A DNA stretch of 64,000 bases from Pseudomonas aeruginosa PAO1 (GTDB lineage Bacteria > Pseudomonadota > Gammaproteobacteria > Pseudomonadales > Pseudomonadaceae): the NCBI RefSeq assembly GCF_000006765.1, contig NC_002516.2; one strand, 5' to 3'. Positions 19,963 through 29,681 of the stretch are shown piece after piece. A program made the position numbers and the translations under genes. The notes below the pieces were generated by a model that ran no database searches, was not told where the DNA came from, and saw only the letters and a program-made list of their open reading frames with translations. Each line of letters opens with the position of its first letter. Position 1 is the stretch's first letter.

Positions 19963-20877
19963 ATGAACCTGCATAACCTGCTGGTGGTCGTCGACCCGAG
20001 CAGCGACGAACAGCCGGCCCTTACCCGTGCCCAGTGGATCGCCGAACACAGCGGTGCCAGCGTCGAGTTGCTGCTGTGCGACTTCAACCCGGCGCTGGAC
20101 GGCGGGCTGTTCTTCGACAGTCACTCGCTGCAGCGTGCCCGCGACCTTTACCTGGACGAACGGGTCACCTGGCTGGAGCAGCTTTCCATGCCGCTGCAGC
20201 AGGCCGGCATCCGCACTCAGGTCGAGGCCCAGTGGGGCAAGCCGCTGGACCGGATGGTCCTGCAACGGGTCGGCGAAACCCGGCCCGACCTGGTCCTCAA
20301 GAGCACCCGCAAGCACAACCTGCTGCGCCGCCTGCTACTGGGCAACAGCGACTGGCAATTGATCCGCCACTGCCCGCAGCCGCTCTGGCTGGTCCATCAC
20401 GACGCCTGGCGCGGCCAGCGCCTGTGCGCGGCGCTCGACCCGCTGCATGCCAGCGACAAGCCGGCCGCCCTCGATCACCGGCTGATCGCCGCCGCCCGCC
20501 AGCTCGAAGCCAGCCTGGGGCTGCGCGCCGACTACCTGCATACCCACGCGGCGATGCCGCGCAGCCTGCTGTTCGACGCGGAAATGCTCGCCGGTTACGA
20601 GCGTTTCGTGCTGCAACATGAGGAACGTCACCGCCAGGCCTTCGACGACCTGCTGGCAGCCTACCCGGAGATCGCCGCGGAGCGCCGCCACCTGCTGGCC
20701 GGCTATGCCGAGCAGGCGATCCCCGACTTCGTCCGGGCCAACGACATCGACCTGCTGCTGATGGGCGCGGTCGCCCGGGGGCACCTGGACAACGCACTGA
20801 TCGGGCAGACCGCCGAACGCGTCCTGGAGGAGGTGGAATGCGACCTGCTGGTGCTCAAACCGACAAATGACATCTGA
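19963..20877 (+). CDS. Tandem universal stress protein (UspE-like, 304 aa)
   Basis: LLVVVD start; two USP domains ending LLLMGAVARG...IGQTAERVLEEVECDLLVLK. Confidence 0.9.
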   Translation: MNLHNLLVVVDPSSDEQPALTRAQWIAEHSGASVELLLCDFNPALDGGLFFDSHSLQRARDLYLDERVTWLEQLSMPLQQAGIRTQVEAQWGKPLDRMVLQRVGETRPDLVLKSTRKHNLLRRLLLGNSDWQLIRHCPQPLWLVHHDAWRGQRLCAALDPLHASDKPAALDHRLIAAARQLEASLGLRADYLHTHAAMPRSLLFDAEMLAGYERFVLQHEERHRQAFDDLLAAYPEIAAERRHLLAGYAEQAIPDFVRANDIDLLLMGAVARGHLDNALIGQTAERVLEEVECDLLVLKPTNDI

Positions 20878-20959
20878 TGCAGATAGTATGACTCCGCAGT
20901 CGCCGCCGAGCCTCGCCGGTGGTAGCCTGCACGCCAGCGTTATCCAAGGAGTCCTTTGC

Positions 20960-22411
20960 ATGTCCGTTCGCCGCACCAAAATCGTCGCCACCCTCGGCCC
21001 AGCCAGCAATTCCCCGGAAGTGCTGGAGCAACTGATCCTGGCCGGGATCGACGTCGCCCGCCTCAACTTCTCCCACGGCACCCCCGATGAACACCGCGCC
21101 CGCGCCAGGCTGGTGCGCGAACTGGCGGCCAAGCACGGCCGCTTCGTCGCCCTGCTCGGCGACCTGCAAGGACCGAAGATCCGCATCGCCAAGTTCGCCA
21201 ACAAGCGCATCGAATTGCAGGTCGGCGACAAGTTCCGCTTCTCCACCAGCCACGCCCGCGACGCCGGTACCCAGGAAGTGGTCGGCATCGACTACCCGGA
21301 CCTGGTGAAGGACTGCGGGGTCGGCGATGAACTGCTGCTGGACGACGGCCGGGTGGTGATGGTGGTCGAGGAAGTCGCCGCCGACGAACTGCGCTGCCGG
21401 GTGCTGATCGGCGGCCCGCTGTCCGACCACAAGGGCATCAACCGCCGCGGCGGCGGTCTCACCGCGCCGGCGCTGACCGACAAGGACAAGGCCGACATCA
21501 AGCTGGCCGCGGACATGGACCTGGACTACGTGGCCGTTTCCTTCCCGCGCGACGCCAAGGACATGGAATACGCCCGCCGCCTGCTCACCGAGGCCGGTGG
21601 CAAAGCCTGGCTGGTAGCCAAGATCGAGCGCGCCGAGGCGGTCGCCGACGACGACGCACTCGACGGCCTGATTCGTGCCAGCGACGCGGTAATGGTGGCC
21701 CGTGGCGACCTCGGCGTGGAAATCGGCGATGCCGAGCTGGTCGGCATCCAGAAGAAGATCATCCTGCACGCCCGCCGCAACAATAAAGTGGTGATCACCG
21801 CGACCCAGATGATGGAGTCGATGATCCACAGCCCGATGCCGACCCGCGCGGAAGTCTCCGACGTGGCCAACGCTGTGCTCGACTACACCGACGCGGTGAT
21901 GCTCTCGGCGGAAAGCGCCGCCGGCGAGTACCCGGTGGAAGCGGTGAAAGCCATGGCCCGCGTCTGCCAGGGCGCCGAGAAGCACCCGACCAGCCAGAAA
22001 TCCAGCCACCGCCTCGGCCAGACTTTCGACCGCTGCGACGAGAGCATCGCCCTGGCGTCGATGTACACGGCCAACCACTTCCCGGGGATCAAGGCGATCA
22101 TCTGCCTGACCGAAAGCGGCTTCACCCCGCTGATCATGTCGCGCATCCGCTCGTCGGTACCGATCTACGCCTACTCCCCGCACCGCGAGACCCAGGCTCG
22201 CGTGGCGATGTTCCGCGGCGTAGAAACCATCCCCTTCGACCCGGCGGCGCTGCCGGCGGAGAAGGTCAGCCAGGCCGCGGTCGACGAGTTGCTCAAGCGC
22301 GGCGTGGTGACCAAGGGCGACTGGGTTATCCTGACCAAGGGCGACAGCTACACCGCCCAGGGCGGCACCAACACCATGAAGGTGCTGCACGTCGGCGACC
22401 TGCTGGTATAA
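20960..22411 (+). CDS. pykA: Pyruvate kinase II (483 aa)
   Basis: RRTKIVATLGP, DLQGPKIR, MVARGDLGVE. Confidence 0.97.
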   Translation: MSVRRTKIVATLGPASNSPEVLEQLILAGIDVARLNFSHGTPDEHRARARLVRELAAKHGRFVALLGDLQGPKIRIAKFANKRIELQVGDKFRFSTSHARDAGTQEVVGIDYPDLVKDCGVGDELLLDDGRVVMVVEEVAADELRCRVLIGGPLSDHKGINRRGGGLTAPALTDKDKADIKLAADMDLDYVAVSFPRDAKDMEYARRLLTEAGGKAWLVAKIERAEAVADDDALDGLIRASDAVMVARGDLGVEIGDAELVGIQKKIILHARRNNKVVITATQMMESMIHSPMPTRAEVSDVANAVLDYTDAVMLSAESAAGEYPVEAVKAMARVCQGAEKHPTSQKSSHRLGQTFDRCDESIALASMYTANHFPGIKAIICLTESGFTPLIMSRIRSSVPIYAYSPHRETQARVAMFRGVETIPFDPAALPAEKVSQAAVDELLKRGVVTKGDWVILTKGDSYTAQGGTNTMKVLHVGDLLV

Positions 22412-22422
22412 GCGCACGTCGC

Positions 22423-22455
22423 GGCGGATAACGCCCGCGGCGTTATCCGCCCTAC
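22423..22455. repeat. REP element (GTAG head on minus strand)
   Basis: GGCGGATAACGCC-cgc-GGCGTTATCCGCC-CTAC between convergent pykA and the crotonase gene. Confidence 0.8.
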
Positions 22456-22489
22456 GGACCGGTGCCCCGCTGGCCCAACAGCGGTGTGC

Positions 22490-23263
22490 TCAGGCGAACC
22501 TGGAGAAATCCGGCTGGCGCCGGTGCATGAAGGCGCTGAGCGCCTCGATCGCCTCGGGCGAGCGCAGACGGGTGCTGAAGATATCGCCTTCCTCGGCGAT
22601 CACCCGGCGAAGCTCCTCGATAAACGGCGCTTTCATCAGGCGCTTGCTCTCCACTACCGCCGAGGGCGCCAGGTGCAGGAAGCGCCGGGCCGCATCGCGG
22701 GCGTGCTCCAGCACCGTGGCGCCATCCTCCAGCGCCGCATTGGCCAGGCCCCAGGCCGCCGCCTGCTCGCCGCTGAAGTCCTGGCCGAGCATCAGCAATT
22801 CCGCAGCCTTGGCATGACCGAGCATGCGCGGCAGGATCAGGCTCGAGCCGAACTCCGGTGTCAGGCCGAGGTTGACGAACGGCATCTTCAATCGCGCGTT
22901 GCGACCAACGAAGACCAGATCGCAATGCAGCAGCAGGGTGGTGCCGATACCCACCGCCGGTCCGTTCACCGCGGCGATCACCGGCTTGGGGAATTCCAGC
23001 AGGGCGCTCATGAAGCGGCCGACCGGGCTGTCGCGCAGGGATGGCGGTTGCTCGAGGAAGTCGAGGATGTCGTTGCCGCTGGTGAAGCAGGCGTCGCCGC
23101 CAGTGATCAGCACCACCCGCACAGCCGTATCGGCCTGCGCCTCCAGCAGCGCCTCGGCCATCCGGCTGTACATCGCGCGGGTCAGCGCGTTCTTCTTGTC
23201 CTGGCGGTCCAGGCGCAGGGTCAGCAGCCCCGTTTCGCGTTCGACCCGAATCAGCTCGCTCAT
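22490..23263 (-). CDS. odaI: Enoyl-CoA hydratase/crotonase-family protein OdaI (257 aa)
   Basis: FTSGND and AVGIG oxyanion motifs; third gene of the sadC operon. Confidence 0.85.
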   Translation of the reverse strand: MSELIRVERETGLLTLRLDRQDKKNALTRAMYSRMAEALLEAQADTAVRVVLITGGDACFTSGNDILDFLEQPPSLRDSPVGRFMSALLEFPKPVIAAVNGPAVGIGTTLLLHCDLVFVGRNARLKMPFVNLGLTPEFGSSLILPRMLGHAKAAELLMLGQDFSGEQAAAWGLANAALEDGATVLEHARDAARRFLHLAPSAVVESKRLMKAPFIEELRRVIAEEGDIFSTRLRSPEAIEALSAFMHRRQPDFSRFA

Positions 23264-23328
23264 CGTCACTCCAGGGATGCGGCGCAGGGCCGCGGCAATG
23301 GCTGCAAGGCACCGCCACCGGCGCCGCG

Positions 23329-24255
23329 TCAGGCGTGGGGCAGGAACAGGTCCGCCAGGGTCTGGCTACGCGGTACGCCGGCCAGGTAGAGGTGCCGGGC
23401 GAAGCGTTCGACGCTGGCGGGTTGGCCGCAGAGTAAGGCCATGCTGCGCCGCGGAACAAGGCGGAGATCGGCCAAGGCAGAGGGCAACTGCGCCGCCGAC
23501 ACCAGGTTGACGCGCAGTTGCGGATGACGCCCGGCCAACTCCGCCAACTCGCTCGCCAGGTAGTGGTCGCGCGCCAGGTGCAGCAGCTGGATCGGCGCCT
23601 GGTGTTCCGCGCGCAAGGCTTCGCGAAGTATCCCCCAGAGCGGCGCCAGCCCGGTGCCGGCGGCCATCAGCAACAGCGGTCGCTCCTGCCAGTCCGGCTC
23701 GTAGCGCAACGCCCCGCCGCGCAACTCGCCCAGACGCAGGAGCGCGCCAGGCGCCAGGCGCCGGGCGCGGTCGCAGAACGCGCCGGGAGCGCTACAGTCG
23801 ATGTGGAACTCCAGCCATGGGTCCTCGTGAGGCAGGCTGGCCAGCGAATAGGGACGCGCCACGCCATCGTCGCTCCACAGCAGCAGGTGCTGCCCGGCGC
23901 GATAGCGCAAGGGCCGCTCCGGCTCCAGGCGCAGGCGCAGCACATCGCCCAGCCAGTGGCAGGCGACGACCCTGGCCGGCAGCCCGTCGCGCTCAGGATC
24001 GAAAGGCTGCAACACGAGGTCGCCGAGCACCCGGCACTGACAGGCCAGCCGCCAGCCCGCTTCGCGCCGTACCGGATCGAGCGCCTCCGGGAGGGTGTCG
24101 TCCACCTCGCCCTGCAGGCAATGCACCAGGCAGGCGTGGCAACTGCCGGCGCGGCAGCTATGGGGCACGGCGATGCCGCCGGCGAGCAGCGCATCCAGCA
24201 GGTTGCTGCCGGCGGCGACGGCAAGGCGTCGCTCGCCGACCCGTATGTCAGGCAC
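23329..24255 (-). CDS. odaA: 2Fe-2S ferredoxin / FAD-NAD reductase OdaA (308 aa)
   Basis: CRAGSCHAC...LACQC, RPYSLAS, AAGTGLAP; GTG start overlaps the sadC stop. Confidence 0.88.
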   Translation of the reverse strand: MPDIRVGERRLAVAAGSNLLDALLAGGIAVPHSCRAGSCHACLVHCLQGEVDDTLPEALDPVRREAGWRLACQCRVLGDLVLQPFDPERDGLPARVVACHWLGDVLRLRLEPERPLRYRAGQHLLLWSDDGVARPYSLASLPHEDPWLEFHIDCSAPGAFCDRARRLAPGALLRLGELRGGALRYEPDWQERPLLLMAAGTGLAPLWGILREALRAEHQAPIQLLHLARDHYLASELAELAGRHPQLRVNLVSAAQLPSALADLRLVPRRSMALLCGQPASVERFARHLYLAGVPRSQTLADLFLPHA

Positions 24256-25375
24256 TGGTGACCTCCCAGGTGGCGTCGCAGCGGTTTCGTCCGCCGCGCT
24301 TGGCACGGTAGAGCGCCTGGTCGGCCCGCTGCAAGGCCTCGTCGAGATCGTCGTCGGCATACAGCAGGGTCATGCCCACCGAAAGGCTCAGGGTATCCAC
24401 CGTGACCCCGACCGGTTCCGCCTGTTGGAACGCCAGGCGCAGGCGCTCGCAACAGCTTTCCAGCTGTTCCGCGTCGGCGTGGGGCAGCAGCAGGACGAAC
24501 TCCTCGCCGCCGTAACGGGCCAGGACGTCGCCATCGCGCAGACAGGAACGCGCCACCGCGGCGAAGGTCTGCAGGACCCGATCGCCGGCGGCGTGGCCGT
24601 GGCGGTCGTTGATCCGCTTGAAGTGATCGAGGTCGATCAGCGCCAGGCCGTGCTGCCGGTTCGGCAGCAGGTCTTCCAGCGCCCGGCTGGCCATGCGCAT
24701 GAAATGCCGGCGGTTGAACAGACCGGTGAGTTCGTCGGTGGCCACCAGGTCTTCCAGTTGGCGCATCATGCCGCGCAGCGTGTCCTGGTGCGCCTGCAAG
24801 GCATAGCGGCGCTGGCGCATGCGTTGCCGCATCGCCTGTATGTAGCTGGCGAACAGGCTCAGCCAGACCATTACGATGAACATCACGAGCACCTGCAATG
24901 CAGCCCGGCCCGGTAGCTCGAGACGCTGCTGCAAGGCCTCTACCAGGTAGATGCCGGAAAAAGCGATGAACGCCAGCGCCGCACAGCGGGCGAAGACCCG
25001 CGGCGGCAGTTGGAACACGCCGAACAGCAGGGCCAGCACGTAGAACACCATGAAGGTGCCGCGCAGGCTGTCGACGTGGTAGAGGAAATAGGTCAGCCAG
25101 GCGATCGCCACCAGCACCTGCGGCTCGGTCAGGCTGGGATCGGCGTAACGCAGGTTGCGTCCGCTGGCGAACAGCCAGAGGAAGGCCAGTTGGCAAGCCA
25201 CCACCAGGGTGGTGCTGGCCGCCGCGGTGGTCGGCGCTGCGCGGTAGAAGCCGCTGAGTAGCGCCAGCCAGAGCAGGACCAGGCCGAGCAGGTAGGTGCC
25301 TGCGGCCATGCCGAACCGGCGGAGCAAGAGCTTTTGCAGCGCACGCTGTTTCAGAGGAGGCTTGTCTGTGCGCAT
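24248..25375 (-). CDS. sadC: Membrane diguanylate cyclase SadC (375 aa)
   Basis: TM region plus GGEEF; real start taken as MRTDKPP rather than the longer ORF. Confidence 0.93.
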   Translation of the reverse strand: MRTDKPPLKQRALQKLLLRRFGMAAGTYLLGLVLLWLALLSGFYRAAPTTAAASTTLVVACQLAFLWLFASGRNLRYADPSLTEPQVLVAIAWLTYFLYHVDSLRGTFMVFYVLALLFGVFQLPPRVFARCAALAFIAFSGIYLVEALQQRLELPGRAALQVLVMFIVMVWLSLFASYIQAMRQRMRQRRYALQAHQDTLRGMMRQLEDLVATDELTGLFNRRHFMRMASRALEDLLPNRQHGLALIDLDHFKRINDRHGHAAGDRVLQTFAAVARSCLRDGDVLARYGGEEFVLLLPHADAEQLESCCERLRLAFQQAEPVGVTVDTLSLSVGMTLLYADDDLDEALQRADQALYRAKRGGRNRCDATWEVTSA

Positions 25376-25631
25376 GGGCTCCGTCCCGTAATGGCACCTG
25401 GCCGCAATGTACCCTGCCCCCTGCGGGTTGCCTAGTCGAACGAACTGCCAGCTAGCGGACCGCGGATTTATCGGCCGACCAGCCGGCTGGCCGACCAAGG
25501 TCTGATCGTCGGCGCGTGCGCCCGTCTCGCCGGAACGGCTATACTGTCGCGCCTTTTTTGCGCCGGTGCCTGACCGGCGCGCTCCTCGGCTGCGGCCGGC
25601 TCCGTGACCCTGCCCCGCATCCGAATTACCC

Positions 25632-25643
25632 GCCTGAAGAGGA
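25632..25643 (+). promoter_or_regulatory. Putative PrrF sRNA pairing site over the fumarase SD
   Basis: GCCTGAAGAGGA is 11/12 identical to the complement of the PrrF seed as I recall it (GCCTGATGAGGA). Confidence 0.5.
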
Positions 25644-25652
25644 CCGTGCTCC

Positions 25653-27176
25653 ATGGCCGTGATCAAGCAAGACGACCTGATCCAGAGCGTCGCCGATGCC
25701 CTGCAGTTCATCTCCTACTACCACCCGGTCGATTTCATCCAGGCCATGCATGAGGCCTACCTGCGCGAAGAATCGCCGGCTGCCCGCGACTCCATGGCGC
25801 AGATCCTGATCAACTCGCGCATGTGCGCCACCGGCCACCGCCCGATCTGCCAGGACACCGGGATCGTCACCGTGTTCGTCCGGGTCGGCATGGACGTGCG
25901 CTGGGACGGCGCTACCATGAGCGTCGACGATATGATCAACGAAGGCGTGCGTCGCGCCTACAACCTGCCGGAGAACGTCCTGCGCGCCTCGATCCTGGCC
26001 GACCCGGCCGGCGCGCGGAAGAACACCAAGGACAACACGCCGGCGGTGATCCACTACTCCATCGTTCCCGGCGACAAGGTCGAAGTCGATGTCGCGGCCA
26101 AGGGCGGCGGCTCGGAGAACAAGTCGAAGATGGCCATGCTCAACCCGTCCGACTCGATCGTCGACTGGGTGCTGAAAACCGTACCGACCATGGGCGCCGG
26201 CTGGTGCCCGCCGGGCATGCTCGGCATCGGCATCGGCGGCACCGCGGAGAAAGCAGCGGTGATGGCGAAGGAAGTCCTCATGGACCCGATCGACATCCAC
26301 GAACTGAAGGCCCGCGGCCCGCAGAACCGCATCGAGGAACTGCGCCTGGAGCTGTTCGAGAAGGTCAACCAGTTGGGCATCGGTGCCCAGGGCCTGGGCG
26401 GCCTGACCACCGTGCTCGACGTCAAGATCATGGACTACCCGACCCACGCCGCCTCGCTGCCGGTGTGCATGATCCCCAACTGCGCCGCGACCCGCCACGC
26501 CCACTTCGTGCTCGACGGCTCCGGCCCCGCCGAACTGGAAGCGCCGTCGCTCGACGCCTACCCGGAGATCGTCTGGGAAGCCGGCCCGTCCGCGCGCCGC
26601 GTCGACCTGGACAAGATCACCCCGGAAGAGGTGCAAAGCTGGAAACCGGGCGAGACCCTGCTGCTCAACGGCAAGATGCTCACCGGCCGCGACGCCGCGC
26701 ACAAGCGCATGGTCGACATGCTGAACAAGGGCGAAACGCTGCCGGTGGACCTGAAAGGCCGCTTCATCTATTACGTCGGCCCGGTCGATCCGGTCGGCGA
26801 CGAGGTGGTCGGCCCGGCCGGTCCCACCACCGCCACCCGGATGGACAAGTTCACCCGCCAGATCCTCGAACAGACCGGCCTGCTGGGCATGATCGGCAAG
26901 TCCGAGCGCGGTCCCATCGCCATCGAGGCGATCAAGGACAACAAGGCGGTATACCTGATGGCCGTCGGCGGCGCCGCCTACCTGGTCGCCCAGGCGATCA
27001 AGAAGTCCAAGGTGCTGGCCTTCGCCGAACTGGGCATGGAAGCGATCTACGAGTTCGAGGTAAAGGACATGCCGGTCACCGTCGCGGTTGACACCAACGG
27101 CGAGTCGGTGCACATCACCGGCCCAGCGGTCTGGCAGAAGAAGATCGCCGAAAGCCTGGCGGTCGAGGTCAAGTAA
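25653..27176 (+). CDS. fumA: Class I Fe-S fumarate hydratase (507 aa)
   Basis: PICQDTG, AKGGGSEN, GPTTATRMD. Confidence 0.93.
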   Translation: MAVIKQDDLIQSVADALQFISYYHPVDFIQAMHEAYLREESPAARDSMAQILINSRMCATGHRPICQDTGIVTVFVRVGMDVRWDGATMSVDDMINEGVRRAYNLPENVLRASILADPAGARKNTKDNTPAVIHYSIVPGDKVEVDVAAKGGGSENKSKMAMLNPSDSIVDWVLKTVPTMGAGWCPPGMLGIGIGGTAEKAAVMAKEVLMDPIDIHELKARGPQNRIEELRLELFEKVNQLGIGAQGLGGLTTVLDVKIMDYPTHAASLPVCMIPNCAATRHAHFVLDGSGPAELEAPSLDAYPEIVWEAGPSARRVDLDKITPEEVQSWKPGETLLLNGKMLTGRDAAHKRMVDMLNKGETLPVDLKGRFIYYVGPVDPVGDEVVGPAGPTTATRMDKFTRQILEQTGLLGMIGKSERGPIAIEAIKDNKAVYLMAVGGAAYLVAQAIKKSKVLAFAELGMEAIYEFEVKDMPVTVAVDTNGESVHITGPAVWQKKIAESLAVEVK

Positions 27177-27191
27177 GCCTGCTCCGTCCCT

Positions 27192-27222
27192 GAAAAAGCC
27201 CGGCCCCGCGCCGGGCTTTTTC
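27192..27222. terminator. Bidirectional terminator fumarase/mntH
   Basis: GAAAAAGCCCGGC-cccgc-GCCGGGCTTTTTC. Confidence 0.88.
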
Positions 27223-27272
27223 GTACGGCCACTGGCCGGAGCCTGGGCTGGCAGCGCCGCAGGCGCCTTGGT

Positions 27273-28592
27273 TCAGCCGAACCAGAAATACAGCAAGGTC
27301 AGGTTCGCCGCCGAGATCAGGCCGAACAACGACCAGGCCAGCGCGCTGACCCAGCGCGGGTTGACGAACTCCCCCATGAGGCCCCGGTCGCTGCTGAAGC
27401 GAATCAGCGGCCACAGGGCGAACGGCAATTGCAGGCTGAGCACCACCTGGCTGAGCACCAGCAGCTTGCCTACCGCGGCTTCGCCCAGCCAGAGCACGCC
27501 GATCAAGGCCGGCACCAGGGCCAGGCCGCGGGTGATCAGGCGCCGCTGCCAGCAGGGAATCTTCGCCCGGAGGAAACCCTCCATCACCACCTGCCCGGCA
27601 ATGGTGCCGGTGAAGGTCGAGCTTTGCCCCGCCGCCAGCAGGGCGAAGCCGAACAGGAAGCTGGCCAGGGCGCCGCCCACCAACGGGTCGAGCAGGTGGT
27701 AGGCGTCCTGGATCTCCACCACCTCGGTATGGCCGCTACCGTGGAAAGCCGCGGCGGCGAGGATCAGGATCGCCGCATTGACCAGCAGCGCCAGGGACAG
27801 CGAGCCGATGGTGTCGAGCCGGGAAAAGCGGATCGCCGAGCGTTTGCTCGCCGCGTCGTCGCCGCTGACCCGGGTCTGCACCACGGACGAATGCAGGTAG
27901 AGGTTGTGCGGCATCACCGTCGCGCCGAGGATGCCGATCGCCAGGTACAGCGGCTCCTGGCTGCTCAGCGTGTCCCAGGACGGCCGCAAGCCGGCGGCGA
28001 CATCCGGCCAGTAGGGGCCGATCAGCACCAGTTCGACGAAGAAACACGCGCCGATGGTCGCGATCAGCCCCAGCACTATGGCCTCCAGGCGGCGGAAGTT
28101 GGCGCCCTGCAGGGCCAGCACGATCAGGGTATCGAAGGCGGTGAGGACCACCCCGGTGGTAATCGAGACGCCCAGCAGCAGGTGGAAGGCCAGCGCCGCG
28201 CCGAGCACCTCGGCAAGGTCGGTGGCGACGATCGACAGTTCCGCCAGCAGCCATTGGCCACGCGCCACGCCAGGGCGGTAGCGCTCCCGGGAGAGCTGCG
28301 CGAGGTCGCGGCCGGTGGCGATCCCCAGGCGCGAACAGAGGCTTTGCAGGAGCATCCCGGAAAAGCTCGCCAGCACCACTACGAACAGCAGCGCGTAGCC
28401 GAAGCGCGAGCCCGCCTCGATGGCGGTGGCCCAGTTGCCGGGGTCCATGTAGCCGACCGAGACCAGCAGGCCGGGGCCGACGAACAGCGCCAGCTTGCGC
28501 AGCGGCGAGGCGTCGGCCGGCACCGCCACGCTGTGGCTGACCGCCGAGGGACAGAACGGCGCGGTGGCCGTGGTAGGCAGGGAGTATTTCAC
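27273..28592 (-). CDS. mntH2: NRAMP Mn2+/Fe2+ transporter (439 aa)
   Basis: GYMDPGNW and GATVMPHNLYLHS NRAMP signatures; GTG start. Confidence 0.92.
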   Translation of the reverse strand: MKYSLPTTATAPFCPSAVSHSVAVPADASPLRKLALFVGPGLLVSVGYMDPGNWATAIEAGSRFGYALLFVVVLASFSGMLLQSLCSRLGIATGRDLAQLSRERYRPGVARGQWLLAELSIVATDLAEVLGAALAFHLLLGVSITTGVVLTAFDTLIVLALQGANFRRLEAIVLGLIATIGACFFVELVLIGPYWPDVAAGLRPSWDTLSSQEPLYLAIGILGATVMPHNLYLHSSVVQTRVSGDDAASKRSAIRFSRLDTIGSLSLALLVNAAILILAAAAFHGSGHTEVVEIQDAYHLLDPLVGGALASFLFGFALLAAGQSSTFTGTIAGQVVMEGFLRAKIPCWQRRLITRGLALVPALIGVLWLGEAAVGKLLVLSQVVLSLQLPFALWPLIRFSSDRGLMGEFVNPRWVSALAWSLFGLISAANLTLLYFWFG

Positions 28593-28664
28593 GAGGCGAC
28601 GCCGGATCGGGGGAGGAAGTGCGACCAGCCTAAACGTTTCACCCCGGTCGCGTCTTCCCTCGCC

Positions 28665-28973
28665 TCAGGCCTGGGCGCGCTGGCCGACCAGGCTCAGCTC
28701 GGCGACTTTCTCGCGCCGCTGCGCCAGGTAGCGGGTACAACTGACACGCAGGAAGGAGGCGAAGTTGAGCACCTCGCCGCGATAGTCCATCACTTCCTCG
28801 TAGAGATTGGTGATCAACTGGTTGGTGCTCAGGCCCTCGCCTTCGGCGATTTCCCGGAGGATGTCCCAGAACTGGTTCTCCAGGCGCAGGGTGGTCACCA
28901 CCCCGCGGATGCGCAAGGAACGCGAGCGCGATTCATAGAGGATCGGATCGGCTTTCACATAGAGTTCGCACAT
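28665..28973 (-). CDS. Ribbon-helix-helix domain protein (102 aa)
   Basis: RSLRIRGVVTTLRLENQFWDIL...NFASFLRVSC; RHH_4-like. Confidence 0.8.
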   Translation of the reverse strand: MCELYVKADPILYESRSRSLRIRGVVTTLRLENQFWDILREIAEGEGLSTNQLITNLYEEVMDYRGEVLNFASFLRVSCTRYLAQRREKVAELSLVGQRAQA

Positions 28974-28993
28974 GCGCGGGGGTCTCCTGGGTC

Positions 28994-29575
28994 TCAGTGG
29001 CTGATGCGGGTGCCGAGCGCCTCGAGGAAGCGCGCCAGCCACGCCGGATGCGCCGGCCAGGCCGGCGCGGTGACCAGGTGGCCGTCGACGTGGGCCTGGT
29101 CCGGCGGAAGGTCGACGTACTCGCCGCCGGCCAGCCGCACCTCCGGGGCGCAGGCCGGATAGGCGCTGCACGCCCGCCCTTGCAGGACGCCGGCGGCGGC
29201 CAGCAGCTGGGCGCCATGGCAGACCGCGGCGATCGGCTTGCGCGCGGCGTCGAAGTCACGCACCAGAGCCAGCACCTGCTCGTTCAGGCGCAGGTATTCG
29301 GGGGCGCGGCCGCCGGGGATCAGCAGGGCATCGTAATCCTCGGCGCGGGCCTGGGCAAAGTCGGCATTGAGGGTGAAGTTGTGGCCCGGCTTCTCGCTGT
29401 AGGTCTGGTCGCCTTCGAAATCGTGGATGGCGGTGCGCACGCTTTGCCCGGCCCGCTTGTCCGGACACACCGCATGCACCTGGTGGCCCACCATCTGCAG
29501 GGCCTGGAACGGGACCATGGTTTCGTAGTCTTCGGCATAGTCGCCGACCAGCATCAGGATCTTCTTCGCAGCCAT
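28994..29575 (-). CDS. DJ-1/PfpI family protein (193 aa)
   Basis: [18 protein letters not shown], nucleophile elbow AVCHG. Confidence 0.9.
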   Translation of the reverse strand: MAAKKILMLVGDYAEDYETMVPFQALQMVGHQVHAVCPDKRAGQSVRTAIHDFEGDQTYSEKPGHNFTLNADFAQARAEDYDALLIPGGRAPEYLRLNEQVLALVRDFDAARKPIAAVCHGAQLLAAAGVLQGRACSAYPACAPEVRLAGGEYVDLPPDQAHVDGHLVTAPAWPAHPAWLARFLEALGTRISH

Positions 29576-29681
29576 CACGCGCACTCCTTCGGGCAGGGCC
29601 CGGTCATACCGGGGATGCACCTAAGGTAGCCAATCCGCAGGGGAACGCGGGTAATAGACGGTTACTACACGCGTGCCGGGT

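Noticed and set aside
25376-25711. N-terminal extension of SadC to 487 aa
   Set aside because: Overlaps the divergent fumarase start and promoter and is low-complexity; MRTDKPP start preferred.
27429-29162. 577-aa plus-strand ORF and similar long antisense ORFs (1351-2907, 20855-22417, 48952-50355, 58522-60150)
   Set aside because: Each mirrors a well-supported gene on the opposite strand and has no family signature.
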